Origin: Candidatus Nanopusillus sp.
GTDB taxonomy: Archaea > Nanobdellota > Nanobdellia > Nanobdellales > Nanobdellaceae
Length of the DNA stretch: 32,000 nt
Assembly: GCA_049414405.1 (NCBI GenBank)
Contig: JBMSAQ010000038.1
Span: forward strand, 1,191-33,190
Reading direction: 5' to 3'
Under the pieces are notes generated by a model that was given only the letters and a program-made list of their open reading frames with translations, searched no databases and had not been told where the DNA came from. Shown here piece by piece: positions 17,738-26,330 of the stretch. A program made the position numbers and the translations under genes. The stretch's first letter is position 1. Each line of letters begins with the position of its first letter.

Positions 17738-18592
17738 TTATAAATTTCTAACAATTTCTATTCTATCTAAACTGGATAATAAACTTTTTAAGTAATCCAT
17801 TGCTACTTTTTTGTTATAGTCTACTTTAACAATGATGGTGAAATAATAAAATTTATTTTTACCGATAGGGGTGCTATTTATTTCGCTTAATCCATATATA
17901 TGAACACCAAATTTACTTAAAAAAGGTCCAATTTTCTTTAAATTATCTATTATCTTCTTTCTCACCTTATCTAATTGTTCTAAATGTTCTTCTCCTTTCA
18001 AATATAAAACAACATATCCATATAACTCAATCTTTTTAACATTATTAATTAGACCATACTTTGACGTTTTTTCAAATAAATATTGATAAAATATTAATTG
18101 TTCTCTCAAACCTCTAAACAAAATTTGTCTATAAACAATCTTTTGGAGCTCAAGATCATCTAATTTGACATTATTTTTAAAAATTTTCGAAAGAATCCCG
18201 GAAGATTTTACTTCAATTATTTTAACTCTATCATACATAATCTCTAACCCATCTGGTCTCCCACTAATTAAGATTAACCTTCCATTATAGTCTTCTAAAG
18301 ATATTAAATAATAATATGGTTGAGCACCTATTTTTTCTACTATCGCCCTTTCAATATTTAAAGATTCTTCTATATTAGTAATATTATTTTTATTTTTTCG
18401 ATTCAAAGCAAAAGTTGCAGATATATTAGGTATATTCCCTTTCTCTTCCCTTATCAATTTTAAATATCTAAGTAATTTATCCATGTAGCCTTTAGGATAC
18501 AACTTATCAGATGAATGTTCCATAATTGAAATCTCTATTTTTCCTATTAAATCGTCTATTTTCCTAATGTTCTCATTATGCATAAATGACAA
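17738..18592 (-). CDS. Hypothetical protein with a PD-(D/E)xK (Cas4/RecB-like) nuclease motif
   Basis: 284 aa. The central ILISGRPDGLEIMYDRVKIIEVKSS matches the G-x-x-D ... E-x-K core of restriction-endonuclease-fold nucleases. No Cys cluster and no other recognisable domain. Confidence 0.45.
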   Translation of the reverse strand: MSFMHNENIRKIDDLIGKIEISIMEHSSDKLYPKGYMDKLLRYLKLIREEKGNIPNISATFALNRKNKNNITNIEESLNIERAIVEKIGAQPYYYLISLEDYNGRLILISGRPDGLEIMYDRVKIIEVKSSGILSKIFKNNVKLDDLELQKIVYRQILFRGLREQLIFYQYLFEKTSKYGLINNVKKIELYGYVVLYLKGEEHLEQLDKVRKKIIDNLKKIGPFLSKFGVHIYGLSEINSTPIGKNKFYYFTIIVKVDYNKKVAMDYLKSLLSSLDRIEIVRNL

Positions 18593-18612
18593 TTATTATA
18601 TACATTTATAAA

Positions 18613-18696
18613 CGCCGCGGGTGGGATTTGAACCCACGCCCCCTTTCGGGGAATGGATTAGCAATCCATCCCCTTGGGCCACTCGGGCACCGCGGC
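18613..18696 (-). tRNA. tRNA-Ser (anticodon GCU), class II with long variable arm
   Basis: Minus-strand read: GCCGCGG TG CCC GAGTGGCCCAA GGG G ATGGA TTGCTAA TCCAT TCCCCGAAAGGGGGC GTGGG TTCAAAT CCCAC CCGCGGC G. It has an all-G:C acceptor stem and a 15-nt variable stem-loop. No CCA and no intron. Confidence 0.9.
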
Positions 18697-18730
18697 ATAT
18701 TAAATTCTTTAAAAATTATCATTTATAACT

Positions 18731-19138
18731 TTAAATTATTATTTCATACTTCATATCATATATCGTATTATTGAATTGATATGATAATTGAATTAATGTA
18801 TTATTCTCGATAATTATATTTTTTACATAACATAATACGGACTGGTTTGGATATATTATTTCTCCTTCACACATTAAATTGTAAATGTTTCCAGTTATGT
18901 TTAATATGAAATTGGAAGTATTTATATATGGGAGTTGATGATTAGTTATATTTAAATATAAAGTATTGTTCATATAATCTACAGTATATCTATATGGGTT
19001 TATATAAAATGCTATATTTATTGATGTGTTTTCAGAATTTTCCAAATTTTTATTAAGCAATTTATAAAGAGCTATATAAAATATTACAAAAAACACCACT
19101 GTAAGTACAATAAATGTTACTATATCTTCTTTTTTCAT
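18731..19138 (-). CDS. Small N-terminally anchored, sequon-rich (probably glycosylated) surface protein, function unknown
   Basis: 135 aa. It has an N-terminal hydrophobic helix (IVTFIVLTVVFFVIFYIALY) and eight N-x-S/T sequons (NTS, NNT, NIT, NTS, NIT, NQS, NNT, NNT). Confidence 0.5.
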   Translation of the reverse strand: MKKEDIVTFIVLTVVFFVIFYIALYKLLNKNLENSENTSINIAFYINPYRYTVDYMNNTLYLNITNHQLPYINTSNFILNITGNIYNLMCEGEIIYPNQSVLCYVKNIIIENNTLIQLSYQFNNTIYDMKYEIII

Positions 19139-19175
19139 CTAAAAATTTTTTAAGAATAAAACTTAAAAAATATTA

Positions 19176-19382
19176 ATGAAAAAAATAAGAGTATTTATTG
19201 AAAGATACCATACTGAAAATAATATAGAATTTAATGGAAATACTATAAAAGATTTATTAAATATGTTAAATTTAGATTCCTCAAGATTTATTGTTGTAAA
19301 AAATGGAGAAATTGCAACAGAAGATGATACAATAAATGATGGGGATTATATAAAAATACTAGATGCGGTTTCTGGGGGATAA
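19176..19382 (+). CDS. ThiS/MoaD-family ubiquitin-like protein ending in Gly-Gly (SAMP-like)
   Basis: 68 aa. The C-terminus ..VVKNGEIATEDDTINDGDYIKILDAVSGG-stop is the classic beta-grasp sulfur-carrier / small archaeal modifier pattern. Confidence 0.75.
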   Translation: MKKIRVFIERYHTENNIEFNGNTIKDLLNMLNLDSSRFIVVKNGEIATEDDTINDGDYIKILDAVSGG

Positions 19383-19399
19383 ACTTATAATAAATAATA

Positions 19400-20332
19400 A
19401 TGTTTTTTTATTATATGTATGATCCTTATTTCATAGACTACTATTCTATAACAAAAAAATATGAATCTATAGAAGAATTAGATCATAATAAAATATTGAT
19501 ATCTGGAATGGGAGGATCTGGAATTTTTGGAGATTATGCAAAACAAATATTAGATGATAAAGAAATAATTGTTTGTAAAGATTATTTTTTACCAAAGTTT
19601 ATTGATAAAGATTGGTTAACAATATTTATTTCATATTCTGGAGATACTGAAGAAACATTAAATTGTATGAATGAAGCGATAAACAATGGAAATAAAATTA
19701 TAGCAATTTCTTCTGGAGGAGAAATGGAAAAAATAGCTAAAGAAAAAAATTTATACTATATAAAAATTGATAATAACTATCCAGCAACAAGATATACATT
19801 TCCAGTAATTTTAGGAATAGTTTTATCAATATTGAATAAGAAAAAATATTATGAATTATTAGAAATATTAAAAAATTATAGAGAAAGATTAAAAGATTTG
19901 TCAATATTTGTAAACGATATAAAAAATCCAATAATGATTTATACAGATGTTAAACATGAACCTGTTGCTCTAGCATTAAAAATGCATTTAAATGAAGATG
20001 CAAAATGGTTTTCTGAATATGGAATAATTTCAGAATATAATCATCATGATTTGGAAGGTATATCAAAATTAAATATAGATTTCATTTTATTGAAGTTTAA
20101 TTATTATGAAAGAATTGAATACAGAATGAATTATATGAAGGATTTATTAGAAATCTATGAAAACAATGTTCTTGTATTTGATTTAAGATATAGAAGTCTA
20201 ATAGAAGAATTAGTTTTAGGTACATTATCATTAAGAACTTTTACATTAAAATTGGCAGAGAAGAATAACGTAAATCCCTATCATAGCAAAAACATTGCTG
20301 GATTAAAAGCATTTTTAAAAAATATAAGATAA
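19400..20332 (+). CDS. SIS-domain sugar-phosphate isomerase, probable bifunctional phosphoglucose/phosphomannose isomerase
   Basis: 310 aa. The SIS motifs ISGMGGSGIFGDYA, FISYSGDTEETL and AISSGGEM, together with the size, resemble archaeal PGI/PMI enzymes. Confidence 0.65.
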   Translation: MFFYYMYDPYFIDYYSITKKYESIEELDHNKILISGMGGSGIFGDYAKQILDDKEIIVCKDYFLPKFIDKDWLTIFISYSGDTEETLNCMNEAINNGNKIIAISSGGEMEKIAKEKNLYYIKIDNNYPATRYTFPVILGIVLSILNKKKYYELLEILKNYRERLKDLSIFVNDIKNPIMIYTDVKHEPVALALKMHLNEDAKWFSEYGIISEYNHHDLEGISKLNIDFILLKFNYYERIEYRMNYMKDLLEIYENNVLVFDLRYRSLIEELVLGTLSLRTFTLKLAEKNNVNPYHSKNIAGLKAFLKNIR

Positions 20333-20524
20333 AAATTTATTTTTAAATTGAACTTAAAATCTTCAATTAAAATTATTGTTATTTACTTTAACAATACTTC
20401 TTTCTTATTTATTTACAACTTTCTTGTAATTCTATAAAAGGTATATAAAATAAAGAATTCTTTTTTATATAACATTTCTTAATCATAATAAAGTTTAAGT
20501 ATAATAATATCATTAATAAAAATT

Positions 20525-21112
20525 ATGAAAATAGAAATAGACGGTAAGTTAATACAAATAATAGAAGGATCAAATGATAATGTTAATGATTATATAAAAT
20601 TCATGAATAAACTCTCTCAAGATCTAGACAATTACACATTAAGTAGATATAGCAAAATAGATGAACAAAAGATTATTGAATGGTCAAAATCTTGGGGAAA
20701 AAATATTACTATGATTTTTGCATACAATGATTCTATGATCGTAGGATTTTTTCAAGCATCACGTGGTAAATATTTTGGTCTTGATAGACAATTTCATGTT
20801 GCAGAAATAGCTTATGCAGTTGATAAAGAATTTAGAGGTAAAGGATTAATATACATTCTATTTAACGAAGCAATAAAAAGGCTTGAAAACGTTAAAATAC
20901 TTACCGCATGGGTAGATGAAAAGAATCTGAGATCTAAGAAACTTTTAATAAAGTTGGGGTTTAAAGAAGCTTGTAAAATTAATGAGTTTATATATTCTGA
21001 GACAGAGAAAATATTTTGTAATTTAATAATGTGTGTGGGATATATAAATATAGTCAAGACTAAATTAAAAGAAGAATTAATAAAGAAAAATTATAATCTA
21101 TATGAAAAATAA
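20525..21112 (+). CDS. GNAT-family N-acetyltransferase
   Basis: 195 aa. The acetyl-CoA binding region is IAYAVDKEFRGKGLIYILFNEAIKRL, followed by NLRSKKLLIKLGFKE. Confidence 0.75.
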   Translation: MKIEIDGKLIQIIEGSNDNVNDYIKFMNKLSQDLDNYTLSRYSKIDEQKIIEWSKSWGKNITMIFAYNDSMIVGFFQASRGKYFGLDRQFHVAEIAYAVDKEFRGKGLIYILFNEAIKRLENVKILTAWVDEKNLRSKKLLIKLGFKEACKINEFIYSETEKIFCNLIMCVGYINIVKTKLKEELIKKNYNLYEK

Positions 21113-21212
21113 TTTTATATAAGAGTTTTAAAAAGGACATTTAATGAATAAAAATCTATTTAATACCTTAACATATTGATTTAAATATTTATCATTTAAA
21201 TTTTAATTCCAA

Positions 21213-21249
21213 AATAATTAAAAATTTCTATAAGAAATTTTTAATTATT
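21213..21249. repeat. 37-nt perfect inverted repeat (17-bp arms, 3-nt centre)
   Basis: AATAATTAAAAATTTCT ATA AGAAATTTTTAATTATT. I checked all 17 arm positions pairwise. It lies 100 nt downstream of the GNAT stop, inside a 450-nt ORF-free gap. Confidence 0.85.
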
Positions 21250-21562
21250 ATTATAAAATTTTTCCTTAATCCAAGTATATTCTTTTATCTCAGTATAGTT
21301 CATAATCCAGCATTTTGAATGTTATGTATTTATATAAAGATATATTTTAAGTAAACTTGTAGAAAATTACTGTAGAATATATATCAATACGAAATTTGAT
21401 TTAAGAATCAATCATACAAATATAGTCAAAAAATTATAAAGATTATCAAATCAAGAATTAATAAAGATTAAGTCTGAGTATATATCTAAATTCTTTCCAA
21501 AAGTTGATACTTTCTTATAATATCTAAGCATTTTTAAAATTTACTATTATCACTAGATAAAT

Positions 21563-22486
21563 ATGACTAAACTATATAAAGAATATAGAATGTCAGAATT
21601 AATAAAAAGTGAAATAGAAAAATATGGTCTTTCTATAAGACCAAATTCTTTTTTGGACATATTCTTAAGGACTTCTGAAAAAAGCAATGAAATGGATTTA
21701 CCAGTATATATATTTAATCGTTCTTTAGTAAAAGAGGTTATAGAATGTGCTTCAACTAATGAATATGATAAAATAAACTATTCCCAATTACTTGGTTGTA
21801 TAGATAAATATGGCTCTGAATTACCTATATCCATTAAAGACCATATTAGATTGGGTATTCTTATTACACTACACCGTATACCTTCAGAAAGAAGACTCTC
21901 ATTAGATAAGATCATAGAATCGCGTACAGAACAGGTTCCTACAGGGTATTTAAGTAGACAACCATTGGCAGTAACAATAATAGAAGACGACGACCTTGAC
22001 AAATCTAGAGCTTTGCTTCCAACAGTTATACATGAATTAATACATTCAATGGAATTAAATGGTTTATATGTTGAACCACGTGTAGAGACACAAATAGATA
22101 TATATGATATAATTGATAATTATATAAGGCCACATAATCCTTTTTATAGCATCTATAGAGGTAGAGAACTTTCAAAGAGAGAAACAATAACGGAACTAGC
22201 GATGATACGCACATTAGAAGATGCAGATATAGGATATGTATCCCTAAACAGAAAAGTATTAATAAGAATAAAACTTCATCGAATTGGAAAAATAAAAAAT
22301 GAAATGGGAATTCAATATATTATAAGAGAATCACATTTGCTTTCTTATTTGGCGGCATATGATATGCACGAATTAGCGCGTACAGATAAAAACATGAAAG
22401 AAATATTAAAAATTATTAACGAAATTATAGATGAAGAATTAAAATTATATATTGAAAGAGAATTGAAGAAAATAAGCTCAAAATAG
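21563..22486 (+). CDS. Orphan protein with an HExxH zinc-metallopeptidase-like motif
   Basis: 307 aa. HELIH is at residues 157-161 (nt 22031-22045) in the context LLPTVIHELIHSMELNG. The TATA-like TTTTTAAAAT at 21531-21540 is centred about 27 nt upstream of the ATG. No family recognised by eye. Confidence 0.5.
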   Translation: MTKLYKEYRMSELIKSEIEKYGLSIRPNSFLDIFLRTSEKSNEMDLPVYIFNRSLVKEVIECASTNEYDKINYSQLLGCIDKYGSELPISIKDHIRLGILITLHRIPSERRLSLDKIIESRTEQVPTGYLSRQPLAVTIIEDDDLDKSRALLPTVIHELIHSMELNGLYVEPRVETQIDIYDIIDNYIRPHNPFYSIYRGRELSKRETITELAMIRTLEDADIGYVSLNRKVLIRIKLHRIGKIKNEMGIQYIIRESHLLSYLAAYDMHELARTDKNMKEILKIINEIIDEELKLYIERELKKISSK

Positions 22487-22910
22487 AGAGTTTTATAAAA
22501 TTATAATAATCTTATTTAATAAAGATGTTTTATACTTATTTTTAGAAGAATTTATGATAAAGCAAATGTTTATAGCATAAACTAATAAGAATCTGATTAA
22601 AAAGAAAAATTTAGGATATTAATTATATTCTGTGTAATTTTTATTTAAAGATTTTAATCTTTTAGATAATAGCAGATATATTATTGTAGCAAAAATTAAC
22701 AACCAATATAAATATATTCATAATAACACTAATGTTTTCAATTATGATTTACTTTTAGATCGATACTCTAGAGTTTTTAATCAGGTATGATAATAATCAT
22801 CATTATAAATATTTTTTAACTCTTAATAACAAACATATTTTCGCAGAAAAAATCAACATAAATTTAAAATATGTTAAAGCTTAAAATCCTTTTTTATATA
22901 AATTTTCATA

Positions 22911-23777
22911 ATGACTACTAAGTTAGAAGAGATAATTGAATTATTAAATTTTAAGTTACGAAGGGGAATAGTTAATGAAGATGATTTCAAAGTTTTAGAA
23001 AGACTTGTAATCCAATATGAAGATCATATAAATAAAATAGAAAATATGCGCTTTTTCGTCATTGGATTGGTTAGATTAAGAGAAATTGGATTTGATGAAA
23101 AATATATATCTATAATATTACTAAATATAATTTCTAAATTTGGAACAAACAAGATTGATAAATTATTATTTGAAGTTTCTGCCCATATTTATGAAAGATA
23201 CTATAAAAAACTTGAAGAAGATCTTAAACAAAAATTAAAACTTTTAAGAAAAATACCTAAATCTTCTCAAAATATTGATAATATATTAAATAAATTGAAT
23301 AAATTAAAAGTTCTCCTAAATGATAATGATAAAAAATATATTGAAATAAAAAATTCAATAGAAAATATTAAAAAATGTAATATGCCATCATTGAACTATA
23401 TATATGATATAATACAAAATCCAAGAAGCAATCGTTATATAGAAAGAATGGAAAATATCAAAAGACAAATTTCTTGCACAATAAAAAATCTAGAATATAT
23501 AAAAAATAATCTAGAAAATATTGAAAAAGATTCTAGATATACTAAAAAATTGAAAGATATATTAAATATAAAAAAAGAGTTAAATACTTACTATAATAGA
23601 TTATTATGTATCTCAGATTTATTAGATGTCTATAAACAATCTTATATCAAATTTAAGGAAGAATATTTGCCAAAATTATTATTTGAAGGTTTATATTATA
23701 TAAAAGAATATAGAAATAATAATTTAAAAAAAGGTAATATAAGTAAAGATCTGGAACAAAAGGTTATTTACTATTAA
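22911..23777 (+). CDS. Orphan helical K/E/N-rich protein (P288)
   Basis: 288-aa ORF with strongly helical, coiled-coil-like composition. It shares two collinear short motifs with the ORF at 24947-25933. Confidence 0.5.
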   Translation: MTTKLEEIIELLNFKLRRGIVNEDDFKVLERLVIQYEDHINKIENMRFFVIGLVRLREIGFDEKYISIILLNIISKFGTNKIDKLLFEVSAHIYERYYKKLEEDLKQKLKLLRKIPKSSQNIDNILNKLNKLKVLLNDNDKKYIEIKNSIENIKKCNMPSLNYIYDIIQNPRSNRYIERMENIKRQISCTIKNLEYIKNNLENIEKDSRYTKKLKDILNIKKELNTYYNRLLCISDLLDVYKQSYIKFKEEYLPKLLFEGLYYIKEYRNNNLKKGNISKDLEQKVIYY

Positions 23778-23800
23778 AATTTATTATTTTAACCAAATTT

Positions 23801-24946
23801 TTAGAAAGTTATCAGTGGTATTCTCTGTTCATCTTCAGTTAATCCACCATGTGCGCTCTTAAATTCGCTTTCTGGTTTATCATCAAATCCCAATCTTATT
23901 CTCATTTCTTCTCCTTTTTTAGGTACAATTAAATAATCCGGCATTATTTTTTTATTTCCCTTACCTCCCAATAACTTAAATGCTTCTTCTTTGTAAAAAA
24001 CAAAATAATCATCTTCAGGAAATATTTTATTAATATCTTCTAATTCTCCATCAATCATTATAGCCCTTCTATCCCCATAAATTCTCTCTACATTCGGATT
24101 GTTCTGTAACTCTTCTAATAATCTCATTTTATTGACTTTTGTTTGTCCATGATCTGTGGATATTATTATATCAAAAACATCTTTTTCTTTTATATATTCT
24201 ATTAGTTCAAAGAGATATTTTAGAGCTAATAATATTGACGGATGACCTATACCATATTGATGGGATAGATCATCTATGTCCATTAAGTACCATATAATGA
24301 AATCATAGTTTTTATTTTCTAAAATTAATTCTACTGCATTAAACCAATTTAAATAATATTTTATATCACTATCTTTATATAAAATCTTTGTTAAAGCTGT
24401 ATTTTCTAGAGAATTGTGTATTATAGATAAGGATTTTAATTCTTTTTTCTTTAATTTTGTAAATATTGTATCAAAATTATAAACAAATGTTATATCAACT
24501 ATTGGGGCAGATCTTGTGGGATATACATAATAATATGGAAACCATAATAATGTACCAGACAATTTTGTAGTTTTTGTTCTAATGAACATCATATGTTCAG
24601 ATGGTCTTAAACCAAAAAAGAATGAAGGTAATGCTGTAGTAGTTGATGATGGTAATACAGAAGTCATTTCATGATATTCTAACTTTAAATTTAATTTATT
24701 TAATAAATTTATTCCTAAACTATCTACAAAAATAAATAACAGTTTATTTTTCTTATTTTCTAACTTTATTTTTCCCCTTTCCCTATTTTTTATTCCAAAA
24801 TAGTCCAATATTGCATAATGCAAATTATATATACTATTTTTATAATCTGGAAATATATATTCCATTCCAATATTAACATTGTGCTGATTTAAAATTTTAT
24901 TCCTTAAATAATATTTTTTAAGCTTATCTAATAATATATTTACCAT
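23801..24946 (-). CDS. Alkaline-phosphatase-superfamily metalloenzyme (nucleotide pyrophosphatase/phosphodiesterase- or PglZ-like)
   Basis: 381 aa with the superfamily motifs in canonical order: FIFVDSLG (metal Asp), VLPSSTTTALPSFFFG (Ser/Thr nucleophile region), DIDDLSHQYG (D..H), ISTDHGQ (DHG) and SAHGGLTEDEQRIPLI (C-terminal His). An alternative start at Met28 (24865) is possible. Confidence 0.7.
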   Translation of the reverse strand: MVNILLDKLKKYYLRNKILNQHNVNIGMEYIFPDYKNSIYNLHYAILDYFGIKNRERGKIKLENKKNKLLFIFVDSLGINLLNKLNLKLEYHEMTSVLPSSTTTALPSFFFGLRPSEHMMFIRTKTTKLSGTLLWFPYYYVYPTRSAPIVDITFVYNFDTIFTKLKKKELKSLSIIHNSLENTALTKILYKDSDIKYYLNWFNAVELILENKNYDFIIWYLMDIDDLSHQYGIGHPSILLALKYLFELIEYIKEKDVFDIIISTDHGQTKVNKMRLLEELQNNPNVERIYGDRRAIMIDGELEDINKIFPEDDYFVFYKEEAFKLLGGKGNKKIMPDYLIVPKKGEEMRIRLGFDDKPESEFKSAHGGLTEDEQRIPLITF

Positions 24947-25933
24947 ATGGTTGGAGTATCAAATACTAAATATAACAATACTAATCTTTTAATCGAAATT
25001 CAAGCTAAACTATATTATGATAAGTTAAGGGATTTTGGATATTCTGAAGAACAGATAGCATCAGCTATACAAAGATTGAGTTCTGAAGACCATGATCGTT
25101 ATCCATACTTACTTGGAGCACTTGTATACTTTATACAAGCCAATCTATATCAAAAAATGGATGTACCTACAATTAAAAAAACATTAAAAGACTTAACAAA
25201 CTCTTTATTTTCTTCCATTCGTGATAGTTTAGATTATATACTTCATAAAGCTTTAGACTGGAAGAGTTATTTTTTAATCGGACGTGGTATTCTTGATGAA
25301 AAATTTTACTACCCAGAATTTCGCAGTTTACATGGAAGTGTATATAAAGTACCCTTGCCATCCGAAGCCTTAGAGCTTTTTCTTAAATATCTATCTAAAA
25401 AATATTCCAATATTAAAGAACCATCTGAGAAAGCTATAATTAAAAGTATCAAAGACTATTTAAGAAAGAAAATAGAAGAATTAAAAAAATATGAAGAAGA
25501 AAATCTACCCAAATTATTAGAAGAAGGTGTTAAAAGGATCATAGAAATTTATAGAATATTAAAACCAATAATAGAAAATTACTCAACATACATAAAAAAT
25601 ATTGAAATTCATGCTAAAAAATCTTTAAAAGATCTTGAAAATAAGTATAAAGAAGGACATTTATCACACGATTATTATTATTTTGAACTACATATGATTA
25701 ATAGAAAATTGCATTATGCAGCAAAAATGCGTGATTATATTGAAGGTATTCTTAAGATGTCCTATCTAATAGGAATTAATAAAGTCTCTATAGATAAGAT
25801 TATGAATTCGCTAAATAAAGGAGATCCTCCATCAAGTTTAAAAGAAACCTATAATTTATTGTTATCTGAGCAAAAGAAACTTTTTGATTGTGAAATCATG
25901 AAAAAAGATTGGGATTGGTGTACTAAAAGATAA
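24947..25933 (+). CDS. Orphan helical protein (P328), distant relative of P288
   Basis: 328-aa ORF. Its ATG directly abuts the start codon of the divergent AP-like gene (CATATG at 24944-24949). The shared motifs are LRDFGYSEEQIA and EENLPKLLEEG. Confidence 0.5.
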   Translation: MVGVSNTKYNNTNLLIEIQAKLYYDKLRDFGYSEEQIASAIQRLSSEDHDRYPYLLGALVYFIQANLYQKMDVPTIKKTLKDLTNSLFSSIRDSLDYILHKALDWKSYFLIGRGILDEKFYYPEFRSLHGSVYKVPLPSEALELFLKYLSKKYSNIKEPSEKAIIKSIKDYLRKKIEELKKYEEENLPKLLEEGVKRIIEIYRILKPIIENYSTYIKNIEIHAKKSLKDLENKYKEGHLSHDYYYFELHMINRKLHYAAKMRDYIEGILKMSYLIGINKVSIDKIMNSLNKGDPPSSLKETYNLLLSEQKKLFDCEIMKKDWDWCTKR

Positions 25934-25985
25934 TAAAAATTTTCTTATTTTTTAATCAAATTTTTAAAAATTCTTAGTCTAAAAC

Positions 25986-26330
25986 TTAATATTCTTCATA
26001 TTTATCGATAAATTTTGAATACCAATTATTATATTCTTCTTCTGATATTATATGTAATTCTATAGGATCTTCTATACCCAATTCACTATATATTTTCGCA
26101 GCAATTTCTGCTCTTTCAAAATTATCCTTAATATTTGGTAATATTATTAATACATCTACATCGCTATCGATTCTATAATTTCCTCTAACAATTGATCCAA
26201 ATAATATCACTCTACAGTTTTTGTCTATTTTATTAATACAAATTTTTTTAATTCTTTTAACATATTCTCTTGCGTTTTTTAATATTTTAATTCTTTCTTC
26301 CCACTTATTTTTAAAGTATTCCAAGTACAT
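25986..26330 (-). CDS. Minimal nucleotidyltransferase (MNT), second copy
   Basis: 114 aa with the signature ILFGSIVRGNYRIDSDVDVLIIL. It overlaps the upstream HEPN gene by 20 nt. Confidence 0.8.
   Translation of the reverse strand: MYLEYFKNKWEERIKILKNAREYVKRIKKICINKIDKNCRVILFGSIVRGNYRIDSDVDVLIILPNIKDNFERAEIAAKIYSELGIEDPIELHIISEEEYNNWYSKFIDKYEEY

Noticed and set aside
18586-18774. Track ORF of 62 aa on the plus strand
   Set aside because: It is simply the complement of tRNA-Ser (18613-18696) plus flanking AT-rich DNA. The G+C-rich tRNA removes stop codons by chance.
21841-21960. Elevated G+C (about 37%) of the HExxH gene as proof of horizontal transfer
   Set aside because: Housekeeping genes also reach about 40% locally (for example 13021-13080 in leuS) and drop to about 8% elsewhere. 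Hand counts on a few lines cannot establish a compositional anomaly, so this is kept only as a minor note.
22781-22803. Minus-strand AUGAUGA - 12 nt - CUGA, resembling half of a C/D-box sRNA
   Set aside because: No C'/D box pair follows within 80 nt. The putative guide UUAUUAUCAUAC is nearly pure A/U, unlike the G+C-rich guide at 8341-8391. It is likely a chance occurrence.
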